A program made the translations under genes and the position numbers. DNA of 64,000 nucleotides. Source: the human T2T-CHM13v2.0 reference genome, Homo sapiens. The stretch's first letter is position 1; each line of letters opens with the position of its first letter. Positions 43,819 through 56,067 of the stretch are shown piece after piece. The stretch lies in assembly GCF_009914755.1 (NCBI RefSeq), contig NC_060937.1; one strand, 5' to 3'. Under the pieces are notes generated by a model, which was not told the DNA's origin, searched no databases, and saw only the letters and a program-made list of their open reading frames with translations.

Positions 43819-45234
43819 ACTATCACAATTTATTATTTGCTGGGAAAGTCTCCTTCAGAGGCTTAGACAACATATTATGATAATGATTCACATGATTGTT
43901 TTTGTTTTGTTTCCTGTTGTTTATTACTCAAGTGACTAACATGGAAGATAAAAGATTGAAAAGAGGAAAAGAAAAATAAAGAAGGTAGTTATTTGAAGTA
44001 TGTAACTAAATTCATAAACTAGGAAGTTTCTTTAGTCCTCTATGTTAGTCAAAGAATTGGAATTGGCTGGAGTTTATTTCTTTCAAACTATACATGCTCC
44101 CTCTTCCATGAATCTGATTGGACTTCCTTCCTCCCAGCAACTGGAATCACTGACTGGCGAATTACTGATATTGAAAGCATGTATATTATCCACTATGCAT
44201 GTTAATGTAGGAAACCAACATTAGGATAATCGGTCTATCTCGGTGATACTCAGCATCACTTTTCAGATTCACATTCTGAGGTTTGGTCCTTGGGAAACAG
44301 CGTTCCCCTTCGATGCCACCCCCTCAATTCACTTCAGTCCACAGAGATGGCTGACTGTTCCTCCTGGGATAAACAGTAAGAGTGAACACAAGGACAGACG
44401 ATGAAGGCTCACATACACATACTTATCTACTTTATTTTTATCTTATTTTTGTCATTAAAAATAGAACTCAATGCAGCTAAATGTATTGACAAGAATACTA
44501 CAATTCTGAATGAGTGAAATAAAATACTACTATCTGGTTTTTTAAAATATCTTCCTCACTAACAATACTTTTATTAATTTGTGTTTATCTAAATGTGATC
44601 CTTCTTCCAGCTTTGTACTTTGTACCTAAGCATAAAACAAACTTAGAATTAACAGTTATCTTACTTAAATGAAAGTAACTGTTTGGAAAACACACAGATA
44701 CCAGGAGGCTTCCAGGCCCTGAGGGTCCCTGCCTTTGGATACTCTCTTAGAGAAAAGGTATCCAGGTGCTTTGGAAGCCAATTAGGCAAGTCCAAATCCT
44801 GGCTCTGCCCCTTCTAAGCAAAGTGAATACAGCAGTTATTACCCCACTACGGGTCTCAGTGTCTCAGCTGCTTCATGTGTAAAAGAGATTCAGTTTTTTT
44901 CATATGGATGGAATGGGCTAATACATGTGAAACACAATAGTGCCTCGCACATGGAGAGGCCTACAGAGGATCTGCCTTACTGTTACTACCTTTGTTCTTA
45001 CTATTAATATCAGAGTACTGTGCTGTCTTACTGCTATCTTTACTCAACATAAAAAGGAGGAAGGAAAAAATCCTATCAGAGAGTGTGATCCAGGGACTTA
45101 GGAAAACAACCCTGAGTGACTCACAAGTCCTTCTTTTTACTCCCTTCAGATACATGCATGCCTTGAAGTGCATAAAGCTTAAGTTTCAGAGTCCCTTCGA
45201 GATTTTGGGAAGGGCCCTAACAATTCTGAATTCA

Positions 45235-45426
<192 letters not shown>

Positions 45427-45831
45427 TTAAAACTATAAAAACTTCAGTCTCCAGAAAATCAAGATCCAGCTATATGTCTACACGGAGTCCTTTGTATAAG
45501 TGATAGCTCCCCTATAGGTTTAGAGCCAGCTTCTGACAAAGACTGCCTACTTTTATGAGAATTTAAAACTTCTGTTTTGTATTAGAAAGCATATTTTAAA
45601 ACACACCTAGAGTCTGTTTAAATAATTTTAAAAACAGAAATACAAAGTTGTTTCTTTACTCCTATGTTTTTAACTTTGCCTACACAGAACTAATTTATTT
45701 TACAGTGTATGGTTTGAAAAATAAAATTTAAGGAGGAAAATATTACTTATAAACAATGGGAAAAGACGGGTAAGGAATATTTGGAAACTCTCTGCAACTT
45801 TTCTGTAAATCTAAAAGTAGATCAAAGTTTT

Positions 45832-46425
45832 GTTTTTTTTATATACTAAGTTTTGGGATACATGTGCAGAATGTGCAGGTTTGTTACACAGGTATATACG
45901 TGCCATGGTGGTTTGCTGCACCCATCAACCCGTCATCTACATTAGGTATTTCTAGTAATGTTATCCCTCCCCTAGACCCCCACCCCTTGACAGGCCCCCG
46001 GCATGTGATGTTCCCCTCCCTGTGTCTATGTGTTCTCATTGTTCAACTCCCACTTATGAGTGAGAACATGCAGTGTTTGGTTTTCTGTTCCTGTGTTAGT
46101 TTGCTGAGAGTGATGGTTTCCAGCTTCATCCATGTCCCTGCAAAGGACATAAACTCATCCTTTTTTATGGCTGCATAGCATTCCACGGTGTATATGTGCT
46201 ACATTTTCTTTATCCAGTCTATCACTGATGGGCATTTGGGTTGGTTCCAAGTCTTTGCTAGTGTGGATAGTGCTGCAATAAACATACGTGTGCATGTGTC
46301 TTTAGAACAGAATGATTTATAATCCTTTGGGTATATACCCAGTAATGGGATTGCTGGATCAAACGGTATTTCTGGCTCTAGACCCTTGAGGAATTGCCAG
46401 ACTGCCTTCCTGAAAGTGACGGAGT
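45832..46425 (-). mobile_element. 5'-truncated L1PA 3' end
   Basis: L1 3'UTR/ORF2 end antisense; TSD gtagatcaaagtttt (45817-45831, 46426-46440). Confidence 0.93.
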
Positions 46426-46449
46426 GTAGATCAAAGTTTTTGAAAAAAA

Positions 46450-47400
46450 AAATTTATGGCATTATACTATGTACTTTTCCATATATATAAATATATGCTG
46501 TATGTTATTAAGCAAATTATTTTTTCACTCAACAATACAATTTTAAGATGCATCCATGTTGACACATAGTTCAAATTCATTCCTATTAACTGCTTCATTA
46601 TGTGAATATACTACTAATTATGCCATTGATCGACATTTAGATCATTTCCAATTTTCCATTATTTACAAGTAACACAACATTTTAAATGTCACCTTCTGTA
46701 CTTACATAAAAGTTTTTCTTATCAAGACATGGAACTTCTAGATAACAGAGTATGTGCAATGTTAGGTTAATGAGTTTATATTAACTGTCCCCCCAAAATG
46801 GCTGTAGCAATCTACACTCCCATCAGTATTACACAAACGTATTACATAACCATACAATTTCTCCAACAGTTAATCTGATGAGTATCTTATTGTTGTTTCC
46901 ATTTTCATTTCTCTGACATCCAGTAAGGTTCAGCATCCTTACATTTCCATTCTTGGAACTTTTAATTTCCTTTTCTGAGAAGTATTTTTCAATATGACTT
47001 ACACAATTTCCTACTGCGTGGTTTTATCTTTTTCTTATAGGTTAAAGTTCTTACAAATTCTGGATTCCAATCTGCTATCTCCTTGTTTGTTACTGATCAT
47101 ATAACTCCCAAACAGTTACTGCTATGTAAACACTTTAAATTTTCATAAAATCAAATATGTCAGTGTCTTCTTCTGATTGTTCTTGCATTTCTGTGTCTTA
47201 ATAAATCTCTCTTCAAGAAATAAGAATACTCTTCTTGTTTTCTTTTAATGGTTTTAATATTTTGTTTGTTTACACTGAGGACTTTGATCCATCTAGCATG
47301 TATTACTAAGCAGGATGAATATAAGCAATCTTTGCCCTTTTGGGATGGCTAATTGATCCAACACTATCTCCTGAGTGACTGGCACCCGTTGACACACAGA
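46450..47400 (-). mobile_element. Old L1M fragment
   Basis: catccatgttg, tggctgtagcaatctacactcccatcag, ttttcatttctctga, L1ME-like antisense text. Confidence 0.6.
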
Positions 47401-47531
47401 TTTACATGCTTCCTTTATCACACAGCTAAGAATGTTCCATTTTTTTAAATGCTTTATGTGTTTGAAAATAATGTACATTCTGCAATATTACAATTATAAT
47501 TGTTTAAGCCTATTACATTGAAATAGTCTTT

Positions 47532-47843
47532 GGCTGGGCACAGTGGCTCATGCCTGTAATCTCAGCACTTTGGGAGGCCAGGACAGGAGGATTGCTTGAG
47601 ACCAAGAGTTTGATACCAGGCTGACCAACATAGTGAGACCCCATCTCTACAAAAAATTTTTTAAAAAAATTAGCTGGGTGTGGTGGCACACACCTGTTGT
47701 CCCAATTACTTGGAAGGCTGAGGCAGGAGGATTGCTTGAAGCTGGTAGGTAGAGGCTGCAGTGAGTCATAATCACATCACTGAAATCCAGCCTGGGCAAC
47801 AGAGCAAGGCTGTGCCTCAAAACAAACAAACAACAAAAAAAAA
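47532..47843 (+). mobile_element. Alu (AluJ-like)
   Basis: Dimeric Alu. Confidence 0.9.
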
Positions 47844-48591
47844 ACCTGTGTTTGATCACATAGTTGTGTAAACATTCAACGAATACTGTTATTCATCACT
47901 GATTCTGCCTTGTGCCTATGATTCTGCTGCCTACTGAACAGAAATCATGATTTGCATTTCCAGTGTCTAGACCAATCTCTGCTATGTTTATTAATAATTT
48001 GCACTCTTCCCATCTATTATAACACCTATCATAATGAATTACATTTAATTGCTAATACACCTGTCTCCCACTCTAGACTGTAAGCTTCTTGGGATTAGTC
48101 CATGTCTCAATCATTTCTGTATCCCCCAGTGCCTAGCACATTGCCTGGTCCAGAGTAGACATTTCACTAGTGTTTATTAAATTGTGTTTTTTGTCTTGTA
48201 TAGTAGTTTTCAAGCTTTTTTGTGTTGTTGTTAGTAAGAGATAAACGAAAAGGAAGTTGAGTCACAGGATCATCTCTTTCTCATGGCCTTCACTCCTTCT
48301 CAGAACATATTAAAAAAAACTGCTTTATATTATCACCTCTATTATCTCTGTCATTGACAAATGTCCTTCAAAAGCCAAGCAGGCTTCACTAAAGTTCTAC
48401 ATTTTTAGAAAAGGAACTCATCATCAAGTAAAGGAGAAAAGGGGAAATATTAAATAAACACTTGACATTCTGTGATGGTTTTGTCTCTCTTCATTCATTC
48501 AACAAATATTTGGTCAGTTCCCACCATGTACTTAGCAGAGTCTTAAAAACTGTGGGAAATACAAATACCTTCTTGAGTTTGCCTTCAGAAA

Positions 48592-48629
48592 TGAGAGAGA
48601 GAGAGAGGAGAGAGAGTAGAGAGAGAGAG

Positions 48630-48670
<41 letters not shown>
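48592..48670. repeat. Compound (GA)n-(GT)19 microsatellite
   Basis: Direct reading; GT run 48633-48670. Confidence 0.96.
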
Positions 48671-48671
<1 letters not shown>

Positions 48672-48843
48672 AAGCACCTAGCAGAGATTGACAGCCCACT
48701 CACATTTGAGTGGACATGAGAAATGATTCTTTGGGTTCTTGTTTCACATCGAAACAAAGAACTATTCAATGACAATAGGGACTTTCTCATTTCCCAAATG
48801 CCAAAGCAAACTTCTCTTTTGCCAAAGCCACATTAAACTGTAC

Positions 48844-48976
48844 CTTCAATCCTTTCACAGAGCTTATGCAAAGAGTGCATCGGGCAGGCCTCACACAGTT
48901 TAATCTGCGTCTTGGCACTCTGCAGGGCAGCCGCCGTACTGAAGGCCTGTTTCAGAGTCAGCATTACCTCATCAAC
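48844..48976 (-). CDS. TBC1D4: TBC1D4 exon 5 (133 nt; [12 protein letters not shown]...LCERIE)
   Basis: ttcttcctgtag|GTT acceptor, AAG|gtacag donor; frame continuous. Confidence 0.96.
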
Positions 48977-51049
48977 CTACAGGAAGAAACAAAACTCAGG
49001 TCTATAAAAGTTGGCTTACATGGCAACATTCAACATTCAACAGCAATGTGAGCCTTTGTTGATGCTGACTAAATAAAAAATAATAGAATTTTGATGACTA
49101 GAGAGTTAGCCGAGAGAAAATACTAAGTCTTGGAGTTAGACGTTTCATACATATAATTGAAAGCTGGATGAAGTAAGATTATTTCAATGTGTGTAATATA
49201 ATACCGCTCTGTTAATTTAAATTTAATGCTATTTTCAAATTGCATTGAGGGCTATGCCGTCACAGAGAGTTTAATTAGTTAATCCTTCTGTTTAATTATA
49301 TGCTTTATCAGATAAAGATCCTTTTGGAAGTTTTGTCTGCCACTTATATGAAACAACAAAATAGGTCCAACATTCACTTTGTTAATAGGTATCCTATTTA
49401 CTTTTCTGGATTACTTTTAGTGTAAAAGCAAACAAAAAGTGTTAAGTAAAGTTCTGGATAAAAATGAGTTCCATTTAAACAATGGTGGGGAAAGTCTGTG
49501 AATAATGCTGGCTTATCCCTGTAACTTCTGATTTATTAATATTATCATTCCACTTCTGATTTGTGACACTAAGAAGGTCTTACATAGAGGCATCTAACAG
49601 CTGAGTCTCACCATTAGGCCAGCAGCTTGCAAACTACCAGTTAACTTCTTTTTTGTTCCTCCATGACCCAGTCAAAAAGTTTTAATCTAGCCTTTTTATT
49701 TCCTGGATGCTTCTTTGAAACCAACTAACAGCTCATCCCCATGCATTGTTAAACCAATTTTAGGTTGTATCTCCTTTTCTGGAAACAATCACAAATGTAA
49801 AGTGTAATTTTCCTACATTCTGTAGGACTTAGATCAAATTATGAAACCTGCATAACAGAGACATTGAGCACTAAGGGCCTCATCCGAACTAGCTTTGATA
49901 TTCCAAACCATTTACCATGCTTGGTAAGCACATTTTTATATTCTTTTCCCCTTCCCCTATGGCCTGATTTAAGAATAAATTATTATTTAAAGAATGTAAT
50001 CTACTTCTACATTTCAGTATATGAGGAAACTGAAATAAACAGACTATTCTTCTACTATTTCTGAAAGAAGAGATCAAACACCAAGCAGTCAGTCATTATT
50101 CAGTTACGTTTTGTTATATCAGCAACCTTAAGGCTTATGAATTTCTTATCATTCCATTAATAAAAGTAATTTTTGATAAAATGTTATTTTATACTATAAG
50201 CAAAAAGTAATAATTTCTAATTCTTGAAAATAAAAGCACTACATGTTTAATACCTTTGCATTTTTATTTCATTTGCCTTGTTAACGCATTCAAAAGCTAT
50301 TTGTGCAGATGTTCCTTTATTTCTTCTTTCTTGTTTCTTATTTATTTTAAACACTGAAGGGGTTAGCAATCTACTAGTAATATAAATGATTTCCATATAA
50401 GTTATTCATCATTTAATAATACCGCCTTGTAAAAGGTATCTAGTAGAAATAATGAACTTTTGATGTTTTTGCTATTTCTGGGTCATGGTGTCTGAAATGT
50501 GGCTACCAACTTCTCCTGTACACAAATATTACTAAAAACTTACTTGACTTCTAAAATTATAAATACTTTATTTTCTAAAATCTACCACTTTTCCCAAATG
50601 ACCTATAAATTCTATTATGAGATCAGTGCAACTAAAAGTTCAAATTAGTGTACCGTGAATAACTTAATTATTTTAGTCTAGATACAACTGCAACAAAGTT
50701 ATAGGTCATGTCAAAAGGTTAAAAGCAAAGGAATGGGCAAAGATAAATCAATCATACACCAACAGAAAGAAAGTACCTATTTTTGGCACTACCACTGGGC
50801 AAATTAAATTTCCAGCAAAAAACATAAGATAGGACAAAGCCCAATTTACAAAATTAGAAGGAAAATCTATAATGCAGACGATGCTCATAAACATTTACAC
50901 TATATATCAAACTTACATATTTTATAGCATTTGAGAATAAGTCTAAGAATCACAGGATGTGAAGGACTTCAAATATTATCTAGTCTAATTCTCTGAAAAA
51001 AATTTAAATTTTTAAATTATCCAATAAAGAATGGCATCAATCCTATTTT

Positions 51050-51519
51050 TTGGGGGGGGTATATATATACTTATTGTAAAAATCTTTTTTTTTAATTTTA
51101 TTATTATTATACTTTTAAGTTTTAGGGTACATGTGCACAACGTGCAGGTTAGTTACATATGTATACATGCGCCATGTTGGTGTGCTGCACCCATTAACTC
51201 GTCATTTAGCATTAGGTATATCTCCTAAGGCTATCCTTCCCCCCTCCCCCCACCCCACAATAGTCCCCGGTGTGTGATGTTCCCCTTCCTGTGTCCATGT
51301 GTTCTCATTGTTCAATTCCCACCTATGAGTGAGAACATGCGGTGTTTGGTTTTTTTGTCCTTGCAACAGTTTGCTGAGAATGATGGTTTCCAGTTTCATC
51401 CATGTCCCTAACATGAACTCATCATTTTTTATGGCTGCATAGTATTCCATGGTGTATATGTGCCACATTTTCTTAATCTAATCTACCGTTGTTGGACATT
51501 TAGGTTGGTTCCAAGTCTT
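51050..51519 (-). mobile_element. 5'-truncated young L1PA 3' end with extra 3' sequence
   Basis: ORF 51202..51468 (WHIYTMEYYAAIKNDEFM) is the L1 ORF2 C-terminus; TSD tggcatcaatcctatttt. Confidence 0.94.
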
Positions 51520-53389
51520 TGGCATCAATCCTATTTTAACAATTCTTAACAACCAGGTCTACTTCAATGGCTAATTAACCACCCATGTATTGAAGTGTTC
51601 TCCATATTTGTTAGATTTTAAGCCCATTTATCACATTTTATCGCATTTTATACTACGTGTAAATTCTCACATGACAGCTCATATGTCTGAAGCTAAGACC
51701 TATACTTCTTGTCCCTAGGCTGAATGATGCCAATTATGTCCATTTTTCTTAGATGAGAAACTTTCACAGAGTACTGCTCTTTTCTGAAACATCTGCAACT
51801 TTTCCTCATGATTTAAACATGCAGATTGGAAACCTCACCCTGTCTCTTTACCTGCTATCTTCCCACTTTGCTTGATCCTTAATTGTTACAGATGTAAATT
51901 TACAAATATACTCAATATCAGATGTAAGAGAAAGATAACTTCCCAGATTTTGTATCTCATCCCTCTATCAATATGCTAATATTTCATTTCTAATGAAATA
52001 CCATGCTTATTTCATTAACTATTAACCCCATACAAATTCTGGGTCTTGGGCAGCTGGGTCTTTTTCTTTTTTTTTCCTTTTGGTTATACTTTCCCTAAAT
52101 ATTTTGGTCTGCATCTGTGGAGTTTACTTTTTCTTCATTTGTAAGTAGCAGTCCACCTGTACTTTTTTCAAACTCTTTAAACCTATTTTAGAGAAAGCAC
52201 TTTTGAAGAAATAATATTTTCTACAAATCTCAAGGGTTGGTTAAACAAGATGAAGCTGCTCACCAACAACTATTTTAAGAAAGAAAGAAAGAAAAGAGAG
52301 GGAGAAGGAAAGAAGGGAGAAGGTTGGGAGAGACAAAGACAGGAGAAAAGGAAGAATTGATCATCTAAACTTCCAGCAAAGCCCTCCAGGCCCGTCAGAA
52401 CACTATACTGTCTACAAATTCATAGCAATTATTACAAAGAAGCAAAAGAAAATGCTAATTGTGTATTCTTGGTACTCAGAGAAGATAAATCAGCAGGTGT
52501 GGTGTTGCAATACATTGTGTTACACAAACCACATCACTCCTAACACTGCTTAGACTGATAATATTTAATTGACTGTTTTGTTTTGGTCTATGTATCAGCT
52601 GCTTAAGCCATCCTCTATTATGAAGGAAATTTACGTTTAATTTTTTTCTTGAGGCTTGCAGTTCTATTGCCTCACTATTCAGTTAAGATGCTTACCAATA
52701 AAATTAAACATGGTTTGAGAGATCCTAGCATAGGCCTGTTCTTAAGAATAATTATGCCAAACCTCGGATTCTGACACAGCTTCAAGTAGTAGGAAGGCAT
52801 TCACAGCCAGTCAAGTCTGTTGCCTTAGTCACAGATCATGCTAGGTGGAAAAATGCAGCATGTTCCCAGACTTTCTACTGTGATTCCCTGTTTCCAAAAC
52901 TCATTCTACATGCATGAGGGCAAAATGAAAACTAAAAACAAAACAAAACCTGTAAAAAAGATTAGAAGTAACAAAGTTTTACATCATTTTCCTTTTAATG
53001 CAAGTTCTCCAGTGATCACAGATGAACCAGCACCTAGAAAATGATTGCCTGAAGTTCAGAGTAATGCAGTCATTCAATCACTCAAAATACAAAAGTACCA
53101 AGCACCTGCTATCCTAGAACCTCCATGACACAACACGTAAAAGAGACAGTCCAAAATCTGTGAAACTCACAATCTAGTAGAGTAGGTGGTTATGCAACAA
53201 TAAGTGAGTGTGGGGATTGGCAAGAACTGTTTGAGACCTAGGAATAAAGTATAGTAAGAGAACTAACAATAGCACAACTAAAGGAGGCAATTCCTGCAAA
53301 AAAGGGGGTCAAGAAAGGCTTCGGTAGGATGTGATATGTAAGCTGGGTCCTGAAAAATATGCAGTAGAAAAGAAGCGGAAGGGTACTCA

Positions 53390-53905
53390 GACTATAGTAG
53401 GGCAGAGCCAGGCCTGCTTCACTTCCAAAATTAAAAGCAGTAAAAAAAAGAGATAACTAAAGCATTGCACACTCTCCTTGCTTAGTAACAGGCAGATTCT
53501 TGAGGCTGACATGGCTTCCTTCCCAGCCGGACAGTATGAAAGGCAGCAAGCCCTGGTTCTGGCATCCTCTGACATGGCACACTCCTCACTCCATGCAGTG
53601 AATGGGGACCTCTGAGTTTCAGCTGTACTACTGTGAGCCACAGTGGGCCTTCAGAGAGCTGCAGCCTCTCACTCAAGTCCTTAGGTCCCAGGAACTAACC
53701 AACACGTGTGGGTTTCAGTAGCAAGCCAAACTAAAAGCAGTATCACACCAACCATCGAAGCAGTCTTTGTGGTCTGACCCAGAGAAGAGCTTGTAAGACG
53801 AACGACATATGTGAAGAAGGTCATGAAAGGGCATAGTATTCCGGTCTAAGTGCAGAATAACATCAGATGAGGCTAGAGAATGAAGTGAGCCCCACTGTGT
53901 GCTAC
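53390..53905. mobile_element. Probable degenerate MLT1-type MaLR LTR
   Basis: cttcagagagctgcagcctctc, atgaaaggcagc and tg...ca-like ends; weak recognition. Confidence 0.4.
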
Positions 53906-55140
53906 ACAATATAGATTTTGTCCCTTAACAGTGAGGCATACACCAGGTTCCAAGGAGGAAATTTTGTGAGAAATAAAACTCTAACATAATGTAGAAAATG
54001 AAGAGATGGCAGATTAAGCCAGTGGCAGGACGACTAGTTAGGACATTAACACAAGGGCCCAAGTAAAGAAGATGAATGCCTAGAATCGGGTAGCAAAGAG
54101 GAAATGGGGGAGAAATGGAGAAAAGAGACATTCTTATCTTTCAGTCAATAGGATTTGATGAACAACTGCACATAAAATGTGAAAGAGATACATTAGCATT
54201 TGTAAGTAGAGAAGTTAGGTAAATGGTGCTTCCAAAATAAAACATATGGGGTATATGATAGTTTTTAGAAAGGTAGCAGAGTGGGGGGATCCAGAACATG
54301 ACAGAAGGATCAGTCCTAGAGTAGAGGAGGGACACAGAGAAGGAGTGAGGTGTGGGCGTGTAGGGGATGGGTGGGGAGCGGGGCATGTGTGGAATAACAT
54401 CCTAGGATACCACTTTCTACCAAACTGTTACTTGGTTGGCATTTTCTAGTGTTAGGTCATCGGTTTTCTTTGGCTTTCTTTCTCTTTCTTCCCCCGGGTG
54501 TTTATCCAACCTGCCTTTCACTGTCATTTACACAATGACAATCTCAAATTTCTATCTCAAGTCCTAAATGCAACCCATTTAGCAACAGCCTCTGGATATC
54601 AACATGTGGATATTGCATAGGTGTGGTTATTTAGAGGGAGAACAAAACTCAAATGGAACCCTCTAGAATAGGAAAGTGTTAGTGATGGGAGTTTTCTATC
54701 TTTTAGAGAAAAAGATGAAGGCCAGAGGCTGCTGGTCACAAAGTGCCTTTGAACAAATTCACTCCTACTTCTTCATTATTCCTAACCTCAGTGTCCACAC
54801 TGGGAATGTGGAAGGCGAGAGTCGGGCAGGGATAATTGTGATATTCACCAAGGGCACAAGGGCAATGCTGCCTGACTGATTTCTATATGACGAAGTTGTA
54901 TGTGTTTCCCTGGGAGAAATCCTGGTGGGAGGATCACATGTCTAAGAAAATAATTTTCTGTAAACTTTTCTAAGAATGGTGATGTATATGTCTAAAGGGT
55001 TGTGTTAAAATGACATGGGAAGATGGCATAGGTGCAAGAATGAGTAAAAACTTTGAGGGGAAAAAAATCAACTTATTTCTTAGCCACTCAGATATATGTC
55101 CAAGCCTGCCTTACATATGAACTCCAATTACCTTGAACTC

Positions 55141-56067
55141 TGCAATACAAAATTGATGGGAATATATCTTTTAATCAGCAATATGGAAAGCAACATCAGT
55201 TCTCTGCTTTCACAGCTCTACGAATCTCTCCTTCACAGCAATGAAGGGGGGACATAATGCCTTGAACTCCAATTACCTTTAGTTGAGAGTAGGAGAGGGG
55301 TAGTATTAAAGAGAATTGACTTTTAAATGCCAAAGAAGAAAATTAAGGTTAAAGTAAGACCACAAAGTATATGATATTTCAAAAATGAAGAAGGGGCTAA
55401 TAAAATAAAAGAAGAAAACCAAAATAGCTCTCTGTTCTGCTGATATAAGCATTATCTACTCTGCAATGTTATAGCAGTTAAGAAAATAAAAGATCAATGG
55501 CCTTCCTTATCTTCTCATATGAGCAATGAAAAAAGTAACAGCTTTTCTCCTATTATTAGTCTTTTCCTGCCTTTTAAAAAGCTCAAGTTTCCATGACTGG
55601 GTTTATTAAACCCACAAAAGTATGTAGGCATATATTTTACCATGACAATTTGTTTTTGCTTTTCTACTGCTGTGCTGCTTTGAAGGGGAGGAACATATTT
55701 CTAGACGCCTTCTTCTTTTCCCATAGATAGCCATATTGCAAGGCTTGGGCTCCTAAGAGACAAGTCTTCTGTTCGACAGATGTGTCCGCAGGAGCAGGCA
55801 GACAGCAATAACACTACTTACCAGAGATTCGCTGGCACACTGGAATACATAACAAATATACTGGCTAAGTCCAGGCTCTGGAGACTCCCGGCAGATAAAG
55901 CCAAAGTGATCCACATGCTTTATACCCTAGATGGAGGGGAAGAAGTGCAATAAAAATGTATGGGAATATATATTTTTTACTCAACAATATGGAAAGCAAC
56001 ATCAGTTCTTTGCTTTCACAGTTCTACGAATTTCTCCTTCACAGCAATGAAGGGGGGACATAATGCC
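55141..56067. repeat. Dispersed direct repeat: 55141-55261 matches 55946-56067 (~120 bp) on either side of exon 4
   Basis: caatatggaaagcaacatcagttct...cacagcaatgaaggggggacataatgcc occurs twice. Confidence 0.95.
55822..55926 (-). CDS. TBC1D4: TBC1D4 exon 4 (105 nt; [14 protein letters not shown]...CASESL, PTB domain)
   Basis: ctccatctag|GGT acceptor, CTG|gtaagt donor; PTB signature HFGFI...YVFQC. Confidence 0.96.

Noticed and set aside
51202-51468. ORF resembling a reverse transcriptase-associated protein
   Set aside because: Only the C-terminal remnant of a truncated L1 ORF2; not a functional gene
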